Part shown: positions 8,509 to 12,295 of the stretch, piece after piece | How the letters are laid out: every line of letters starts with the position of its first letter | Position numbering within the stretch: position 1 is the first letter of the stretch | DNA from: Myxococcota bacterium | GTDB taxonomy: Bacteria; Myxococcota; XYA12-FULL-58-9; JALHOP01 | Assembly (NCBI GenBank): GCA_041288095.1 | Contig: JBGGMJ010000147.1 | Span: forward strand, 1-12,295 | DNA: 12,295 nt | Reading direction: 5' to 3' | The notes under the pieces: generated by a model | What the model was told of the DNA's origin: nothing | The model's input: the letters and a program-made list of their open reading frames with translations, nothing else | Database searches by the model: none | Made by a program: the position numbers and the translations under genes

Positions 8509-10512
8509 CTAGTCGACCGCTGAGCGTCGCTCGCCGGTCGAAGCGCTCTTGGTGCCGCCCGACGGCAGCGTGATGAAATCCGCGAGGATGTTCACCGACT
8601 CGCGGACGACCGCGGACTCGAGCTGCTTGCTCTCGTTCTTGTCGGCCTCTTCGGCCTTCTCGCCCTTGTTCGACTCCTGCGTCGACTTCTTGCGCAGGTC
8701 GGACAGCTTCACGATGTCCTTGTTCTTGTCGGCTTCGGCGAGCTTCTGCTTGATCTTCCCGAAGTCTGGGTCTTTGGCGACGCGCTTGGTGGAGCGCTTG
8801 TTGAGCTCGCTGATGGCGCCGTCGTCGACGGTGCGCCAACGCTCGTTGGCGGCGCTGCCGTTCGCTGAAGCGGACGCGAAAGGCTTGATGGCTTGGCTCG
8901 GCAGCGCGTAGTCGAGCTTGGCCTCACCGAGGTCGTAGGCGTCGAGGAGCGACGGCACGCGTACGTCGGAGCGGACACCGCTGCGCTGGGTCGACTGGCC
9001 ACCCGGCAAGAAGAACATGCTGACGGTCACCTTCATGGCGCCGAGCTCACGCGGTAGCGGCGCGACGACTTGCACCGAGCCCTTGCCGAAGGTCTGGTCG
9101 CCGCCGACGATCACGGCGCGGCGATAGTCCTTCAAGGCGCCGGCGAGAATCTCGCTCGCGGATGCCGAGGCGTGGCTCACGAGCACGCCGACGGGGCCGT
9201 TGTAGACCGTCTCGTCGTCGTCATCGTCGAGCGTCTCGACCTTGCCGATGGCGTCACGGGTCGCGACGACGTTGCCGTGCTTGATGAACAAGCCGGCGAT
9301 GCGCACGGCGTCGTCGAGCAGGCCGCCACCGTTCTTCGACAGATCGAGGAGGATGCCGTCGACGTTCTGCCCCTTGGCCTCTTCGAGCAAGCGGCGCACG
9401 TCGGCATACGAGGAGCGCCCGTCATTGTCGCCGCCGTAGAACGACGGCAAGTCGAGGACGCCGACCTTCACCTTGCGGCCGCCGACCTCGCGGTTCTCGT
9501 AGGTAATCTTCGCTGCTTGCGACGCGACGTCGATCTTGTCGCGTGTGAGCGACGCGTCGACCGACTTGGTGGAGCCTTCGTCCTGGCGCAAGATCGTGAG
9601 GCGGACGCGCGTGCCCTTCTTGCCGCGGATCTGCTTCACCACCTCGTCGAGATCCATGTCGATGACTTGCACCGGCGGCTCGCCTTCTTGAGCGACGGCG
9701 ATGATCTTGTCCTTCGGCTTGATGAGGCCGCTGCGCTCGGCGGTGCCGCCCGGGACCAGCGACTCGACGACGGTGAAGCCGTCTTCCCACCGCAATAGCG
9801 CACCGATGCCCTCGAGCGAGAGCTGCATCTGGATCTGGAAGTCGGCGAGCTCGTCGGCCGACAGGTACGAAGAGTGCGGATCGAGCGCCATGGCAAAAGC
9901 GTCGGCGAAGAGCGACGGCCACAGACCACGCGCGTGACGTTCACGCACGCGCTTGGTCGCGAGCTCGTAACGGTGCACGAGCTGCTTCTTGGCGTCGGCC
10001 TCCGCGAGCCCGGTGAGCAGATAGTTCGACATCTGGAAGTGCACGAGCTCGCGCACGCGCTGCTGGCGCTGCTCGTTGGTGGTCGCGTAGGGGAGCTTGT
10101 CGGGATCGACGACGATCTGCGCGTTCTCGTCGAGCTTGTAGCCGTCGCCGAGCATGCTCTTCACGAGGGCTTCGTTGTCGTTGGTGCGCTGCTGCACGAG
10201 CTCGTAGGCCTTCTCGAGCTGCGGGCACTGGCCGTTCTGGACTCCAGCGGCGAGGCTCTGCTTGGTGGTCGCGACGTCGCGCTCGAGCAGCAAGGTTTTC
10301 GAGGGGTCGATGACCTTGAGGAACTGATCGGCGGTGCGCTGGCGAATCGCCACGTCGTCGGCGTTCACCGGATAATGCTGGCTCATGAAGCGCTCGAACA
10401 GCATCGGCAGCTCGCGGCAGGTCAACGTCGCGGCCTTGGCCGGCGCGGAACCGCAGAGCAGAGCAAATGCGGCAAGCACCGCGAGAACGGGACGGGGGAG
10501 GGTAACGTGCAT
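8509..10512 (-). CDS. Carboxyl-terminal processing (tail-specific) protease, S41A family, long Prc/Tsp type with PDZ domain
   Basis: LDPHSSY, LEGIGALL and IRGKKGTRVRL (PDZ), DLSKNGGG, SASASEI (catalytic Ser) and TFGKGSVQ (catalytic Lys). Signal peptide ends APAKA. GAGGT RBS 5 nt before ATG 10512. Confidence 0.95.
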   Translation of the reverse strand: MHVTLPRPVLAVLAAFALLCGSAPAKAATLTCRELPMLFERFMSQHYPVNADDVAIRQRTADQFLKVIDPSKTLLLERDVATTKQSLAAGVQNGQCPQLEKAYELVQQRTNDNEALVKSMLGDGYKLDENAQIVVDPDKLPYATTNEQRQQRVRELVHFQMSNYLLTGLAEADAKKQLVHRYELATKRVRERHARGLWPSLFADAFAMALDPHSSYLSADELADFQIQMQLSLEGIGALLRWEDGFTVVESLVPGGTAERSGLIKPKDKIIAVAQEGEPPVQVIDMDLDEVVKQIRGKKGTRVRLTILRQDEGSTKSVDASLTRDKIDVASQAAKITYENREVGGRKVKVGVLDLPSFYGGDNDGRSSYADVRRLLEEAKGQNVDGILLDLSKNGGGLLDDAVRIAGLFIKHGNVVATRDAIGKVETLDDDDDETVYNGPVGVLVSHASASASEILAGALKDYRRAVIVGGDQTFGKGSVQVVAPLPRELGAMKVTVSMFFLPGGQSTQRSGVRSDVRVPSLLDAYDLGEAKLDYALPSQAIKPFASASANGSAANERWRTVDDGAISELNKRSTKRVAKDPDFGKIKQKLAEADKNKDIVKLSDLRKKSTQESNKGEKAEEADKNESKQLESAVVRESVNILADFITLPSGGTKSASTGERRSAVD

Positions 10513-10535
10513 CATTGACCTCACTGTGCCCATCA

Positions 10536-10556
10536 ACGGGCTATGCCACAACCCGT
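10536..10556 (-). other. Short intergenic hairpin between the cyclase and protease genes
   Basis: Minus strand ACGGGTTGT-GGC-ATAGCCCGT forms a 9-bp stem with two G-U pairs. There is no U tract, so it is not a clear intrinsic terminator. Confidence 0.35.
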
Positions 10557-10571
10557 AGCGCGGTTTTCCAA

Positions 10572-12221
10572 CTATGACTTCGTTGCCACGGTCGCGTTAA
10601 CCGGCAGGTCGGGGCGTTCCTTCAGCTCGCGTGCCAAGAAATTCCGCAGCGCCGTGCGGGTTTCGCGCGACCCTCTGCCCGCGAGAACCAGCGAGTCGAG
10701 GATCTCGTCCGTGAAAAAACTCTCGAAGAGGAATGCGCGCATGCGCTCGCGTTCGAACGGGCTCGACATGCCTCGTACGAAGAACACCTGGATGGGAACG
10801 GAAACTCCCTTGATGCTTTGCATGCCGCCGTCGAGCACATCGACGAAGCCCGCGCCCGCGTCGATGTGCGTGAAGCGGTCGATGAGCAAGCCACCCGTTG
10901 GTGCCAGATGCTCGAGGCGCGAGGCGAGGTTCACGACGTTGCCGATGACGCTGTAGTCCAACATGACGTCGCGGGCGCCGACGGCGCCGACGAGACAGCG
11001 CCCGCTGGCGATGCCGAAACGATAGGCGAGCGGCTCGCGCTCCTCGTAGACGCGGATCGCGTGGCTCAAGACGCGCATCCCGAGCTGGCAGGTGATGATG
11101 GCGCGCAGCGCGTCGCGCACCGATTCGGGATCGGCAGTCCTGGGATCTGGTCGGTCCCGCAGCAGACCGAAGTGCGTCATGATGCCGTCGCCGATGAACT
11201 TGTCGATGATGCCGTTGTAGCCGCGCACGGTGACGCCGCCGATGAGGCTGAAGTAGCGCGACAAAGTCGCGAAGACCTCGGACGGGGTCTGTTTTTGCGA
11301 CCAGCTCGTGTAGCCGACGGCATCGCCGAACGCGACCGTGAGCTGATATTCGTGCGCCTGATCGGTTCCGCCATGGCGGATGCGGTCGATGAGCGCGCCG
11401 TTCGAAAAGCGCATGTGGAGCTCTAGCGCGTCGAGCATGTTGTTGAAGCTCTTGGCGGCGCGGCCGACTTCGTCTCCCGAGAGACTGAGCGAGATACGGT
11501 GCGAGTAGTCGCCGGTGGCGAAGGCCTCGGCGGCCTCGCCGAGCTCGACCACCGGCAGCATCAGGCGCCGCAGCAGGAGCATGAGGAAGATGGCCGACAG
11601 CACCATGAGGGTCGAGATGATGACCATCGAGCGAATGAGAATTTCGCGGACCGCGCCCTGCAGCAGGGTCGAGCTGAAGTCGAGGATGACGGTGCCCAGG
11701 CGCACACCGCCGTAGATGACGGGCGCGGCGATGGCGATGGCGCTCGAGGTTTCGCCGATGACGCGCGCGCCCTCGAGCTTGCCCAGCATGACGATGTCGA
11801 CCGGCACGCTCTCGCGGCCGGCCTTGGCGACGAGTGCGCTATCGCGACCAAGAATGCGCACGGCGGTGATGCGCGCCTTGTCGCCGCGAACCAACTGTTC
11901 GGCGCGCAGGTTCAGATTCAGGCGACCCGCTTGCTCGCCCAAGAAGTCGAGGGTGTTGCTCGAGGCGAAGTCGACGACCGCGGCGCGGCCGGCGGTGATG
12001 ATCTCCTCGCGCATGAGGTCGCGGGACACCTTGTAGGTGAGCAGGCCCGTGCTTGCGACCGCGGCGATGAGCAGCAGGTTCACCAACAGGACCAGCTTGA
12101 CCCAAAGCGGCAGGTTCCCCCAGCCAAGGCGTCGCCGCTGGGCGGGTCTGATCGGGACCTTGACCCCCATGGGCTGGGTGCGGTCGAGGGCCGCCGGATC
12201 GCGCTGGATCGCCGGAATCAC
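10572..12221 (-). CDS. Membrane-bound class III adenylate cyclase (TM - periplasmic sensor - TM - HAMP - cyclase domain)
   Basis: Two TM helices; HAMP PVVELGEAAEAFATGDYSHRI...GDEVGRAAKSFNNM; catalytic motifs FGDAVGYT, IDKFIGDGIM and DYSVIGNVVNLASRLE. The Lys/Asp specificity pair indicates ATP. Start is GTG 12221 or ATG 12170. Confidence 0.95.
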   Translation of the reverse strand: MIPAIQRDPAALDRTQPMGVKVPIRPAQRRRLGWGNLPLWVKLVLLVNLLLIAAVASTGLLTYKVSRDLMREEIITAGRAAVVDFASSNTLDFLGEQAGRLNLNLRAEQLVRGDKARITAVRILGRDSALVAKAGRESVPVDIVMLGKLEGARVIGETSSAIAIAAPVIYGGVRLGTVILDFSSTLLQGAVREILIRSMVIISTLMVLSAIFLMLLLRRLMLPVVELGEAAEAFATGDYSHRISLSLSGDEVGRAAKSFNNMLDALELHMRFSNGALIDRIRHGGTDQAHEYQLTVAFGDAVGYTSWSQKQTPSEVFATLSRYFSLIGGVTVRGYNGIIDKFIGDGIMTHFGLLRDRPDPRTADPESVRDALRAIITCQLGMRVLSHAIRVYEEREPLAYRFGIASGRCLVGAVGARDVMLDYSVIGNVVNLASRLEHLAPTGGLLIDRFTHIDAGAGFVDVLDGGMQSIKGVSVPIQVFFVRGMSSPFERERMRAFLFESFFTDEILDSLVLAGRGSRETRTALRNFLARELKERPDLPVNATVATKS

Positions 12222-12295
12222 CTACCCCTGGTTAGCCGTCCCAGACCGCTGGATCAAATGTTTGCTCACGGGTAGCCGGGCGAACGAGGTGCATA

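Noticed and set aside
12222..12295. Possible 3' end of an upstream minus-strand gene
   Set aside because: Two frames stop close to the cyclase start (TAA at 12232-12234, TAG at 12222-12224), and the fragment is too short to choose between them or assign a product.

Overview
GC-rich bacterial chromosomal segment with no mobile element, CRISPR array, tRNA or rRNA visible. The gene content suggests a Myxococcota/deltaproteobacterial-type genome (inference). Gene order: orphan ORF (+) converging on a minus-strand run of leuS > O-methyltransferase > small SH3-like protein; a divergent TPR lipoprotein (+); a TetR regulator (-) divergent from a predicted outer-membrane beta-barrel gene (+), separated by about 250 bp tiled with inverted repeats; an orphan protein with a bilobed hydrophobic segment behind a sigma28-like promoter (+); and a minus-strand pair of a membrane-bound HAMP class III adenylate cyclase and a Prc/Tsp-type S41 protease. 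The best leads are the structured TetR/beta-barrel intergenic region, two orphan genes with sigma28-like -10 boxes, a 12-bp direct repeat at the leuS stop, and a possible protease/TPR-lipoprotein adaptor pair. All of these leads are hypotheses.
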